From Octopus sinensis (taxonomy: Eukaryota), in assembly GCF_006345805.1 (NCBI RefSeq), contig NW_021832996.1, forward strand, positions 1 through 57,809: 57,809 nt of DNA. The letters are read 5' to 3'. The notes under the pieces are model-generated. The model was not told where the DNA came from. It ran no database searches and was given only the letters and a program-made list of their open reading frames with translations. Of this stretch, positions 14,549-27,405 are shown in pieces. How positions within the stretch are numbered: the first letter of the stretch is position 1; the number at the start of each line of letters is the position of its first letter. A program made the translations under genes and the position numbers.

Positions 14549-15824
14549 CGAGGGGCGTTCAATAAGTAATGCCTCTGACCCACTTGCATTTGTTTGATCT
14601 AGCTGAAAGTTTGCATGTGCAATTATTTATATCTCTATAGATTAAGTGGAAAATTACAGCTCTGAACTAATTGTGGTTTCTGAACTGAGTCAAGTGTGAA
14701 ATGGAGCCTGTTGAGTGTCGAGCAGTGATCCGGTTTTTGTATTTGAAAGGACGCACACCACGGGAGACTTTTGATGAAATGAAAGTAACTTAGGCTGATG
14801 ATGCCCCATCAAATGACCTTGTAAAACGATGGCATCGTGAATTCAAACATGGTCGGAACTGTGGAAACAGCTCCCAGATCTGGTCGTCCCCCTTCTGCCA
14901 TTGATGAGGCATCTGTTCGTCAAGTTGAGGCTGCCATTTTGGAAGATCGACGCATAACTATTCGCCAAATAGCCCATGAGGTCAAGATTAGTACCGGGTC
15001 TGTGGAAACTATCATTCATGACCATTTGCATATGCAAAAGGTGTCTGTCAGATGGATTCCCAGGTTGCTCACACCTTTCCAGAAGCAAGAACGCGTCGAG
15101 TGCTCGAGGATGAATTTGGAGATGTGCCAAGAAGATGAGTCAAAATTTTTCAAAAGACTGATTACACAGGATGAAACCTGGGTCCATCACTATGATCCAG
15201 AGACCAAAGCCCAGTCAATGCAGTAGAAGCACCGTGACTCACCTCCTCCAAAGAAGGCAAGGGTGCAACCCTCCGCTGGCAAGGACATGCTCACAGTCTT
15301 CTGGGACCAGGACGGAGTAGTGATGGCAGATTTCCTGGCAAAGGATACCACAATTACAGGAGCCTATTATGCTTCACTTTTCAGGAAATTAAGAGAAGCT
15401 ATCAAAATCAAGAGGCGGGGCAAGATCAGCAAAGGCATCCTCCTCTTGCAGGACAACGCTCCGGTCCACAACTCGCGTGTCGCCAGATCAGAAGCACAGG
15501 CGTGCGGCTATGAACTCCTCCCCCATCCCCCCTACTCTCCTGACCTTGCACCCTCTGATTTTCACCTCTTCCCAGCCATGAAGTTGTTTTTGAAAGGAAA
15601 GCGTTTCCCAGATGATGCAGCCTTGATTTCTGAAGTCACGTCGTGGTTGGAGGACGAAGCTGGGGTCTTCTACAAAAACGGTCTCCAGAGCTGCATCAAA
15701 CGATGGGAGAAATGCGTAACTCTGGGTGGTTCCTATGTAGAAAAAGACTAATAACTGTGCCAAGTTTCGTTGCTCTACTGCTATGGGTAGTGGGTCAGGG
15801 GCATTACTTATTGAACGCCCCTCG
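14549..15824 (+). mobile_element. Full-length mariner DNA transposon (1276 bp)
   Basis: ~35-bp TIRs cgaggggcgttcaataagtaatgcc(t/c)ctgacccact with one mismatch; TA at 14547-48 and 15825-26. Confidence 0.96.
14701..15751 (+). pseudogene. Mariner DD34D transposase, inactivated
   Basis: MEPVECRAVIRFL..., WIPRLL, DETW, QDNAPVH, YSPDLAPSDF, GSYVEKD*; stops at 14791 and 15224 and a frameshift near 14860. Confidence 0.95.
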
Positions 15825-15849
15825 TATAAACAACGACCTTTTAAATTTA

Positions 15850-15937
15850 TCGTTTAATTGTTTCAGTCTCTTTTGCCGAATCGTTAGTTTACGGGGACGT
15901 AAACACCCCAGTATCGGTTCTTAGATGTACACGCACA

Positions 15938-15996
<59 letters not shown>

Positions 15997-16170
15997 CGCA
16001 CAAACACACACACATGTGAAAGGCTTTTTTAGTTTCTGTCTACCAAATCCATTCACAATGCTTTGGTCGGCCCGAGGATATAGTAGAAGACACTCGCCCA
16101 AGGTGCCACGCAGTGGGACTGAACCCAGAACCATGTGGTTGAGAAGCAAATTTCTTACCGCACAACCACA
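15850..16170 (-). mobile_element. Family A SINE
   Basis: Same head and body as 2680-3112, with internal (CA)n. Confidence 0.8.
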
Positions 16171-16927
16171 CCTGCGGCGCACGAATATCAAAATCGAAAA
16201 TAAATAAATAGATAATTACATTATGTAGAAAAGTCTAAAAATGCGGCCCAAATATCGCCGAAATGTGGAATATAAAATTTTAGAATATTCCTGACGCCAT
16301 TTGCTTTGCGACTTATTGTTAGCAAGGAAGCATTCTGAATTATGCCTACTACCCTTCAATTATTCAGACCTTTCATGGATGTCTTCAAATAAAGATAATT
16401 ATGCATAAATTTTAATAAAAATTACCAATGTTTACTAAGTGATTTTTAAACCGCTGCGACCTTGCTTCTCTTAAAAACTCGAATATACTGTAAGTTGAAT
16501 AGATAATTCATGATTGAAATAACACAACGTCTCTCGTTTGCAATATCCGGACGATTATGCAAAATGGAACATAAAAATTGCATGTCACAACCATACAGTC
16601 AGGATGTTTATATACCATCAGAAGCAGTCATTATATAATATGAAAAATTGGAATGTCTCAGCTTCTATATTTCTTACTTTTCTCCCCCTTAGTAACACTC
16701 AAGTGTTTATATCTATCTATTTCTGCATTTATAAGTAGAACACCTTAGCGCTGTACACACGGAAATTTTGTTGGACATTTGAACAAAATTCAGTGAATAT
16801 TACTTACTAAAATATTTCTGTGGGATCTTAAAGTTATTCTACTTCTTCACGTGTACTGATTATAGATGTCGCTAATCACGGACATATACGTCTTCTTGTA
16901 CTGCATTTCACTTCGAACGTTGCTGGG

Positions 16928-17066
16928 TCAGTGTTTCTCGAACCAGTTACTAAGATCCGGCCGTCGAATATCTTCTCTCTCTGTCTTCCACGGGATCACC
17001 ATCCTTGCAGCTTTAACATGCTCCTGGAACTCCTCAAGACCTGCTTTTAATGCTTCAACGAGAAAG
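16928..17066 (-). CDS. Candidate host-gene exon FLVEALKAGLEEFQEHVKAARMVIPWKTEREDIRRPDLSNWFEKH*, product unknown
   Basis: Acceptor gatatctttag; unique island with natural amino-acid composition; the in-phase antisense frame is also open (16866-17114). A possible internal donor GTAACT lies at 16950. Confidence 0.45.
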
Positions 17067-17201
17067 CTAAAGATATCACAACAGATATTAAAACATCGGG
17101 TTTATTTCCGTTAATCTTAGATTTCATATTTTTATATCTACTTTTTTTTGACAAAACTACACCCGGAATTAAAAAATTAATAGAGTTCGAATTTACGACA
17201 A

Positions 17202-17580
17202 GGGTAGGCGTGGCTGTGTGGTAAGTAGCTTGCTTACCAACCACATAGCTCCGGGTTCAGTCCCACTGCGTAGCACCTTGGGCAAGTGTCTTCTACTATA
17301 GCCTCGGGCTGACTAAAGCCTTGTGAGTGGATTTGGTAGACGGAAACTTAAAGAAGCCCGTCGTATATCTATGTGTGTGTGTGTTTGTGTGCTTGTCCCA
17401 CAACATTGCTTGACAAGCGATGCTGGTGTGTTTACGTCCCCGTAACTTAGCGGTTCGACAAAGAGACCGATAGAATAAGTACCAGGCTTACAAAGAATAA
17501 GTTCTGGTGTCGATTTGCTCAACTAAAGGCGGTGCTCCAGCATGGCCACAGTTAAATGACTGAAGCAACAGAGTAAAATA
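17202..17580 (+). mobile_element. Full-length family A SINE
   Basis: gtggctgtgtggtaagtagcttgc...ccgggttcagtccc...ggcggtgctccagcatggccacagttaaatgactgaa. Confidence 0.88.
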
Positions 17581-17766
17581 ACATCTTTTCAGTAACAAAT
17601 AGAGATCACAGAAATTGCACACGTAGCTGTCCCTTTATATAAAGTTCCTACTCAACATAGTCTCCCGTACAAGCGGGGCATTTGCGCCATTGTTGAGCCA
17701 AAGTTTGCACAATTGATTTGTTATACCGAGTCCTTCGCAGCCACTCCAACACATCTATCTCCATAA

Positions 17767-17970
17767 GGCGGCGAAACGTTAGCACGCCGGGCGAATTGCT
17801 TAGCGGTATTTCGTCTGCCGCTAAGTTCTGAATTCAAATTCCGCCGCGATCGACTATGCCTTTCCTCCTTTTGGGGGTGAAAAATTAAGTACTGGTTACG
17901 TATTGGAGTCGATCTAATCGACAGGGCCCCTCCCCCAAAATTTCGGGCCTTGTGCCTAGAGTAGAAAAGA
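17767..17970 (+). mobile_element. Family B SINE (tail variant ending cctagagtagaaaaga)
   Basis: B box gaattcaaattcc and central gatcgactatgcctttcctccttttgggg...aagtactgg; this central segment resembles the Meta-type SINE domain from memory only. Confidence 0.8.
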
Positions 17971-18479
17971 CCGTATCTACCTTTATCTTCGAACATTCTC
18001 ATTTACTGAACCGAATGTGGCCAATTCAGAGAATGCTTGACCCCGTGTGTACAGGGGATGGATGACCACTGACCAAACCTGTTTGTCGATTGCTTGATTA
18101 GTTACTAAAGGTGTGTACTTCGTATACATTTTCGAAATAAATGTATATTTATAAAATTAAAATTGATTTCCTTAGGTGGCCACCACGGAGGAAAACAACA
18201 GAAGCTAACGTTTCACTAAGAACACTTATGCAAGATGCTTTGCTGACAAGAATATCAAAACGTCAGAGCATTATTTTTTTCAGCTCGATTAATCAAGTTG
18301 TTATAATCAGGGAGCAGTAAACTGGATTCTTAAGGAGACCTTGCCGAAACAGACTGGAGCTATACGGCTTGAAGGACTTGATGGTCATCCTAGTCTCCAA
18401 CATCATCTGATGTAGTTTACGTTCATGCACGTTTCGACTACCTTCAACTTCTGTTCTTTCAACATGTGATCTCTTGAGC

Positions 18480-18688
18480 ACCACCAGCTCAAATATTTTC
18501 TCCTCTGTCTTCCCTCCTTGGGATCTTTCCTTCTCCTTGTTTCCGACGAAGAGCTCTGCTCGAAACGTTAAACCTTCCTTCCCTTCTTTCCTGAGCGTCA
18601 ATAATACTTTAATTGTTCCTCGTCCTGCGTTGCTGTGTTTTTTTCTCTTTTTTTCTTTTTTTTCTGTGTTTTCTTGTTTGTATTAAAC
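18480..18688 (+). mobile_element. Probable Penelope-like terminal-repeat fragment with hammerhead-like motif
   Basis: ccgacgaagagctctgctcgaaacgtt...gagcgtc; aligns with 29960-30151; ends at aac followed by (TA)n. Confidence 0.55.
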
Positions 18689-18750
<62 letters not shown>

Positions 18751-18751
<1 letters not shown>

Positions 18752-18880
18752 GCGCAGGAGTGGTTCTGTGGTAAGTAGCTTGGCTTACAAAGAATAGTTC
18801 TGGGGTCGATTTGCTCGACTAAGGCGGTGCTCCAGCATGACGGCAGTCAAATGATCGAAACAAATAAAAAGAATAAAAAA
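18751..18880 (+). mobile_element. Internally deleted family A SINE (head fused to tail)
   Basis: ggcgcaggagtggttctgtggtaagtagcttggcttacaaagaatagttctggggtcg: joined through gctt/ggcttac microhomology. Confidence 0.75.
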
Positions 18881-19530
18881 GAATATATATATTATAAATT
18901 CAAAATGGGACAGAACGAAAACCATCGAGATAGACAACAAAAAACACGGCGAGTCATTCGAAGCCTCTAATCTTCAGTCAAGAACCGGATCATCCTCGCA
19001 ATTTCGGCTGATTAATCTTGAGATTGCTCCAATCTGGCCAGCCCCAAGGAAAAACTAAGCTAAGAGCATTAGATATCTTGGAAAAAGGATCGAATATATA
19101 CGAAACAAGGACAGAAAAACGGACGATGTTACATGAATATAAATACAAAAAAACAAAAAATAATACGAATATAAATACAAAAAAAATAATGATAATAACA
19201 GGACATAACAACAGGCGTCTTTCGACTGGCGTATTGAAAAATAATGCCTTACGGCAGAGAGGAAGAGAGCTGTGTTATCGTGGCGCTGGTCCGAAGCGAA
19301 AGGGCTATAGTTGGCCAGCAGTCACGTGAGAAGAGAAAAGAGAGAAACAAGAGGCAAAGGAATTAAAGAGGAGGAGAAAAGAGAAAAAAGGAACAAAGGT
19401 CTTAAGGAGGGGAGAAGAGAGAGAAAAAGAGAGAACAAGGAATTAAGGAGGGGAGAAGAAAGAGGGGGGTGTGCCAAGGATTGGAGAAGAAAAAAAATAC
19501 AGGGACATATGTATACATGTATGTATATGC

Positions 19531-19568
<38 letters not shown>

Positions 19569-19575
19569 TATATAT

Positions 19576-19607
<32 letters not shown>

Positions 19608-19864
19608 CACATACACACAACCATATATACTTACACGCATGCATGCATACATATTGTCACGGTAGATTGATTTAGTTCGCACACGCAAAATAAAAGCAAA
19701 ATCTTTTCTGTTGATGTCAAAAATCTTTGATTAAAGCGAGATTTCTATGTCGGAATACGTTTAAAGGAGAAACTATATTTGAGAAGCACCTGTCAGAACT
19801 GATCTTAATACATGTTGACAAGCAATGAAACGTATTTTTGGTGCGATGACACTTCATCTAATTC

Positions 19865-19905
<41 letters not shown>

Positions 19906-20001
19906 ATATCCATGTATCTATCTATCCATGTATCTATCAACCTATATTTCAATATACATACACCCACACACATACATATATATGTATATATATATGTATG
20001 T

Positions 20002-20033
<32 letters not shown>

Positions 20034-20903
20034 ATATATGTATATATGCATGTGAGTGTATATATATATGTGTGTGTATATATACACATATATATCTCTA
20101 CACCTCCATATATATATATATGTTCGTATATATGCGTGTGTGTGTATATATATCTTCCGATCTCTCTGTTTCTTTAACTGTCTATATGCCTATTTACTTA
20201 TCTATATCCATATATATATATATATATATATATCCATTTATTTATTTGTCTATCTCTCAATCTATTTATTTATTTTTATGTTTTATTTTACTTTGTGTAC
20301 TGTTGTCATTCTTTATTTTTCTTTATTTCTCAATTTGTTTTCATGTTTTGTTACGCCAAATCTTCTGACGTTTTAATTCAGTTTTAACGAAAGTTATTAG
20401 AAAGGAATCAACAGAAAAAAAAAGGACACGTTGTGAAACATATGAATATATTGTACGTATGCATGTTTGTGTGTATATGCATATAGCTTCATATATCTAT
20501 ATATGTGCGTATACATGCATACACATACACACTCACACATATATGTCTGTGTGTGTATTTCTGATAACTTGTCTTTTTAAGATTCATTTGTAGCAATTTG
20601 AAGCAGATAAAATAACAAAATTCAACGCTGCTGTCACCACCATCACCTCATCCGCCATTGCTATCAAACATCATCATCATCATCCTCATCACCATCGCCA
20701 ACACCACAGCCTCCGCCATCACCAACACCGTTATCAAAATCCCCAACATATATGACACGTCATATTTCTGTCTTTTCACATTTACAACATTTATTTGTTA
20801 TTCATTATAAACTTCGTGCCGATGTCACTTGCTTGTTTATTATATATACATCCACACATACATATACACACATACATACATACATACAACATATATATCT
20901 ATA

Positions 20904-20992
<89 letters not shown>

Positions 20993-21013
20993 TAATATAT
21001 ATAAATAATATTT

Positions 21014-21959
21014 ATATTTAATATTTAATTCTTATGCTTTCCTAAAAACTTGATTTCGAAACGTACGTCCGTAGATAACTTAAAAATGTATGATAGATTG
21101 CCGTCAATTCATTCTCTCTTACCTGTTTGTGTCTGCCTTCCAATTGCTGTTTTTACTGAGATCTCCCTTTTAGTAGAAGAAATAGCTAACTCTTTGACTG
21201 CTATTTCTAAATTCGGTATGTGGTAAGGCAAGGCAATTCGTTGCTAAACCTTTATTGCTTAGTATTACTTAAATTTTCTCGAATGAGGCTTTTACATGCC
21301 GAAGACTACTTGGTGTAATTGATAATTATTCCAAATTAATTAATTCACCCTTCATTATTACGGATAACCATATTTATCTCAGTAGATGACCAGCATCTGT
21401 TTTGGCTACACGCGGGTGGGAAGGGGCTGGTGACACAATCGTTCATTCACAAATTGAATTCGGTGATACTAGTTGCGGGTTCTAGCTCGCTCTGATACTG
21501 AGTTGAGTTGGTGCCTTCTAGTATCTCAAAATTCAATATATAATCATTTATGATTATAGTATTCTACGCTAGAGAGAGAAAAGAAGTTTCGGTAAGATAG
21601 AATTATTTAATATTTAATATTTAATTCTTATGCTTTCCTAAAAACTTGATTTCGAAACGTACGTCGTAGATAACTTAAAAATGTATGATAGATTGCCGTC
21701 AATTCATTCTCTCTTACCTGTTTGTGTCTGCCTCCAATGCTGTTTTTACTGAGATCTCCTTTTTAGTAGAAGAAATAGCTATAACTCTTTGACTGCTATT
21801 TCTAAATTCGGTATGTGTAAGGCAATTCGTTGCTAAACCCTTTATTGCTTAGTATTACTTAAAATTTCCTCGAATGAGGCTTTTACATGCCGAAGATACT
21901 TGGTGTAATTGATAATTATTCCAAATTAATTAATTTCACCCTTCATTATTACGGATAAC
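21014..21959 (+). repeat. 1.6 tandem copies of an unclassified ~596-bp unit between (TA)n tracts
   Basis: cttatgctttcctaaaaacttgatttcgaaacgtacg recurs at 21031 and 21627. Confidence 0.9.
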
Positions 21960-22011
<52 letters not shown>

Positions 22012-22044
22012 TATATTATATTATTATATATAAATATATATATA

Positions 22045-22084
<40 letters not shown>

Positions 22085-22144
22085 ATATATATATATATAT
22101 ATATATATAATTCCAGTCGTGCGGTACCCTACAACTCCACTTGT

Positions 22145-22177
<33 letters not shown>

Positions 22178-22394
22178 CGGAGATGTACTTCCATAGCAAG
22201 TGATTTGATCTGAGATCGTGTACTTCAACGAAAACAATTGCAGCGTGGAAGGTGTTTGTAAGCCATTTAAGAAACACACAAAAGCCGTTCGGTTCACTTC
22301 AACATTTAAGTTTAATTTGTCAAAATATTTTCGTCGCTACAAGACTGCGACCTGTTCACTGACAAAAATCCGTGCTGCAGCTGGATTTCGTTGA

Positions 22395-22417
22395 CGGAAA
22401 CTGAAAGAAGCCCGTCG

Positions 22418-22451
<34 letters not shown>

Positions 22452-22452
22452 C

Positions 22453-22545
<93 letters not shown>

Positions 22546-22742
22546 GTGTGTATGTTTGTCCCCCCAACATCGCTCGACAACCGATGCTGGTGTGTTTACA
22601 TCCTCCTAACTTACCGGTTTGGCAAAAGAGACCGATAGAATAAGTACAAGGCTTACAAAGAATAAGTCCTGGGGTCGATTTGCTCGACTAAAGGCGGTGC
22701 TCCAGCATGGCTGCAGTCAAATGACTGAAACAAGTAAAATAG
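22395..22742 (+). mobile_element. Family A SINE lacking its head
   Basis: gacggaaactgaaagaagcccgtcg-(TA)n(GT)n-...ggcggtgctccagcatggctgcagtcaaatgactgaaac. Confidence 0.8.
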
Positions 22743-23138
22743 TAACTGACTGAAAGCAAGTATAGGTGTTTAGAAGAAACTTGTAAAAATACTTTGGACA
22801 GACAAATGGTGAGATGCCATGCAAGTCACGTGATTAGTGTACCTCATCAACGTTTGAATCACTGCAAATCCTTTTACACATCCCTAAAACCATAGTGTAG
22901 GTTTTGTTTAGCGTCAGGTCACTCTTGATCGAGCAGACCTGAGACAGACATTCCATCCGTGGCCACTATTCTTTATATATGTGCCCCAAAGACTAAACCA
23001 GTATACATTTTCAGGGAGGTATAGTGGTTATTTCTACCTTTTCGAGTGGTAACGCAGTAGATTTCTTTTGCATACAACAAGAACAAAAACGATAATAATA
23101 ATAATAACAATAATAATAATATAATAATAATAATAATA

Positions 23139-23170
<32 letters not shown>

Positions 23171-23183
23171 GTAATGATAATAA

Positions 23184-23462
23184 CTCTGGAAACATGGGTG
23201 GTTCTTTCAACATCCTTAAACAACCCTTATTCAGGGACCTTTTGAGCGGGATGGGCTACTCAACCTGAAGAAAATTCTAACTGGGCCCCACGTGCAAGGT
23301 CATGTGCTGTTTGTCTTGATAAGAGATCACCATGTCGTGCACGTATGGTTGTGATGCATGTGCCTGGTGTACCCTTATCAGACGGGTAGTCATGATGGGT
23401 ATATTGGGCTTCGTATATTTTACCCCAGTGTCATTTTGATGGCATGAACTGCTCTCTCACTC
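23184..23462 (+). mobile_element. Unclassified retroposon 3' fragment flanked by (AAT)n
   Basis: Homologous to 53727-54107 on the minus strand; both end ...cactc(aat)n. Confidence 0.7.
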
Positions 23463-23468
23463 AATAAT

Positions 23469-23516
<48 letters not shown>

Positions 23517-23974
23517 CCTTTATATCGATCACATCAACGCCAGTGCTTAATTGCTAATTAATCCGAAAAGATGAAAACGAGGAGTTGACCTCGGTGGAAT
23601 TTTAACTAAGAACTTAAAAATCCATGAGTAATGTTAATAACAAATTTGTTCAAAAATCTCGAAATAAATGTCTTAAAAAAGTGACTCCGAAGGACAACTG
23701 TACGGGCGATCATCGGCGCTTGAGAATAATACGGAATTGCACTCGGAAGAATTGGAACGAAATAGCAGGAAATCCGAAAGTCTCGGAACTACAAAGAACG
23801 TGTTATCATGCGTTCAGCAGACATTCTAACAAAACCACAGTCAACCTGAGAATATTTGAATCGTATAAATGTTTCTAGAATCGCAAATATTACAATAAAC
23901 ATTTAACAGACGTTTAATTTTCGGTGTTTGGTTTCCTGTTCCTGAAATATATAATATATCATTCATATTCACAA

Positions 23975-24140
23975 ATAATCCTTTCCACTAAAGGCCCAAG
24001 GTCTAAACTTTTTGAGGAGGAGCTAGTCGATTTCATCGACCCCAGTGTTCAACTGGTACTTATTTCATTGATGAAAGGCAACGTGAACTACGATGGAATT
24101 TGATCTCAGAACGTAAGGATCGACGAAGTGCCTCTAATAC
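23975..24140 (-). mobile_element. Degenerate family B SINE
   Basis: gtcgatttcatcgaccccagtgttcaactggtacttat...gatctcagaacgtaag. Confidence 0.65.
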
Positions 24141-24979
24141 CTTGTTGATGTTATTTAAATTCCACTGAAAGAGCCTTGAATCTAGGTTAGAAACCGGTTC
24201 TTTCTCTATTGGCAAGAAAACTTGAAATAAAACTGAATATTGAAACATACATAAGACTTTTACTTGTTTCACTCATTTATCTGAGTGCGGTCATGCTGGG
24301 GCACCGATTTGAAGAATTGTTTGTGGAAGGATTGACTCAGTACTTATTCATTTTAAAGCCTGATCCTTATTCTCTCGCTCTCTTAAACCGAACCGTTAAG
24401 TTACAAGAACATAAACACACTAACACTGTTTATCACCGGTTATTTAAGTTTCGTCTGCCAAATCCACTTAGAAAGCTTTGATTCGAGGGCAAAGCAAAAG
24501 AACTTGCCCAAGGTGTCACGCAGTACCTACATACATACGTAAATATATACATATGTATGTATATAGTTACACACATATATACATACGTAAATATATACAT
24601 ACATACATATATACTTACATATATACTTGCATATATACATACATACACATACACACATATATGAGTAAATGTTTGTATGCATCCGAACAAACGTGCGTAC
24701 GTGCGTACTTGTGTGTATGTCTGTGTGTGTTTCTGTGTGTGTGCTTCTGTATGTATTGCATGTCTGTCGTATTTTCCATCATATTTTGACAGGAGTAGCC
24801 TCCCCTCCTCTTCCCATCATTCCATGCTGCAACCAATTAGTATATCGTATGTATGTCTTGCTTTATTATGTGACAGGACCGAACGTTGGTTTTTGAACAT
24901 TTCCATCATCGGCTGCCTCCGGTCTTTTCAAATGAGAGCGAGACACTCACAAATAGCTACGTATGTTTTCATATTCACA

Positions 24980-25010
<31 letters not shown>

Positions 25011-25168
25011 TCACACACACACACACACACATGCACACACACACACACACACACGCTCACACACACCGATATGCATATGACTATACACATACATACAAAC
25101 CTATATATGTATGTATGTATTTATGTATGTATGTATTATGTATGTATGTATGTATGTATGTATGTATG

Positions 25169-25221
<53 letters not shown>

Positions 25222-25224
<3 letters not shown>

Positions 25225-25887
25225 ATTAATAATATCAAAGAGTATTCAGAAATATTAGAAATTTCCATTACCTGGCGTGTAAAAATTTAGTCAATAGACT
25301 ATATATTATTCTATATATTATTCATATAAATGCAGTGTACATTTAAACACATAAGAGGCATCCATCATAGCACTCCTTGCACGCTAGAGAGAGCAGTTAA
25401 ATTCCAAACCACTATTAGAGATAAAGTTTCGAAGGGAATGAAAAATAAAAACATTTACCATCTAACTCCTGGACCAATGGTTTCAGACTTTTTTAGCAAA
25501 TAAATTAATTTGCTAGGAGAATCTTCTTCAGCGGGAACACCTTAGATTAAATATATATACACGAGGCAATCGTGTACATGTTATATGCCCCGTGCTTATA
25601 CATTCTAATTTTTCAAATCTACCGCGCAAGCGCAGCTCCTTGTCGGCAGTTATTAAAAAATGCCGGTTTTTCAATTCGAAAATTATCCAGAAAAATATTA
25701 TCAATAATTAATAATATCAAAGGGTAATCAGAAATATTAGAAATTTCCATTACCAGTGGCCTAGCGTGTAAAAATTTATTCAAGAGACTATATATTATTC
25801 ATATAAATACAGTGTACATTTAAACACATAAGAGGCATCCACTATCGGATTCCTTGCACGCTAGAGAGAACAGTTAAATGTACACTG

Positions 25888-25893
<6 letters not shown>
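25222..25893. repeat. 1.4 tandem copies of an unclassified ~482-bp unit between (TA)n tracts
   Basis: ataattaataatatcaaag(a/g)gta(t/a)tcagaaatattagaaatttccattacc at 25222 and 25704. Confidence 0.85.
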
Positions 25894-25923
<30 letters not shown>

Positions 25924-25926
<3 letters not shown>

Positions 25927-27405
25927 TAAGCAATAAGGGTTTAGCAACGAATTGCCTTACCACATACCGAATTTAGAAATAGCAGTCAAAGGTTATAGCT
26001 ATTTCTTCTACTAAAAAGGGAGATCTCAGTAAAAACAGCAATTGGAAGGCTGACACAAACAGGTAAGAGAGAATGAATTAACTGCAATCTATCAAACATT
26101 TTTAAAGTATCCACGGACGTACGTTTCGAAATCAAGTTTTTAGGAAAGCATAAGAATCAAATATTAAATATTAAATAATTCTATCTTACCGAAACTTCTT
26201 TTCTCTTCAGCGTAGAATACTATAATCATAAATGATTATATATTGAATTTTGAGATACTAGGAGGCACCAACTCAACTCAGTATCAGAGCGAGCTAGAAT
26301 CCGCAACTAGTATCACCGAATTCAAATTTGTGAATGAAACGATTGTGTCAACAGCCCCTTCCCACCCGCGTGTAGCCAAAACAAGATGCTGTGGTCATCT
26401 ACTGAGATAAAATATGGTTATCCGTAATAATGAAGGGTGAAATTAATTAATTTGGAATAATTATCAATTACACCAAGTAGTCTTCGGCATGTAAAAGCCT
26501 CATTCGAGGGAAATTTAAGTAATACTAAGCAATAAGGGTTTAGCAACGAATTGCCTTACCACATACCGAATTTAGAAATAGCAGTCAAAGGGTTTAGCTA
26601 TTTCTTCTACTAAAAAGGGAGATCTCAGTAAAAACAGCAATTGGAAGGCTTACACAAACAGGTAAGAGAGAATGAATTAACTGCAATCTATCAAACATTT
26701 TTAAAGTATCCACGGACGTACGTTTCGAAATCAAGTTTTTAGGAAAGCATAAGAATCAAATATTAAATATTAAATAATTCTATCTTACCGAAACTTCTTT
26801 TCTCTTCAGCGTAGAATACTATAATCATAAATGATTATATATTGAATTTTGAGATACTAGGAGGCACCAACTCAACTCAGTATCAGAGCGAGCTAGAATC
26901 CGCAACTAGTATCACCGAATTCAAATTTGTGAATGAAACGATTGTGTCAACAGCCCCTTCCCACCCGCGTGTAGCCAAAACAAGATGCTGTGGTCATCTA
27001 CTGAGATAAAATATGGTTATCCGTAATAATGAAGGGTGAAATTAATTAATTTGGAATAATTATCAATTACACCAAGTAGTCTTCGGCATGTAAAAGCCTC
27101 ATTCGAGGGAAATTTAAGTAATACTAAGCAATAAGGGTTTAGCAACGAATTGCCTTACCACATACCGAATTTAGAAATAGCAGTCAAAGGTTATAGCTAT
27201 TTCTTCTACTAAAAAGGGAGATCTCAGTAAAAACAGCAATTGGAAGGCTGACACAAACAGGTAAGAGAGAATGAATTAACTGCAATCTATCAAACATTTT
27301 TAAAGTTATCTACGGACGTACGTTTCGAAATCAAGTTTTTAGGAAAGCATAAGAATCAAATATTAAATATTAAATAATTCTATCTTACCGAAACTTCTTT
27401 TCTCT

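Noticed and set aside
16560-16640. SECIS element downstream of the TGA candidate (aatgactgcttctgatgg...aaacatc, minus)
   Set aside because: Helix II pairs poorly, the AA is too far from the quartet, and there is no matching 3' GA.
17202-17280. tRNA genes at SINE heads
   Set aside because: A- and B-box-like motifs are present, but I found no acceptor stem or cloverleaf, and each continues into a SINE body.
21040-21078. GAAACGUACGUC in the 599-bp unit resembles a minimal hammerhead stem III with GUC
   Set aside because: The upstream sequence is cctaaaaacttgatttc in all copies, lacking CUGANGA and a paired stem II; not called, though worth an Infernal scan.
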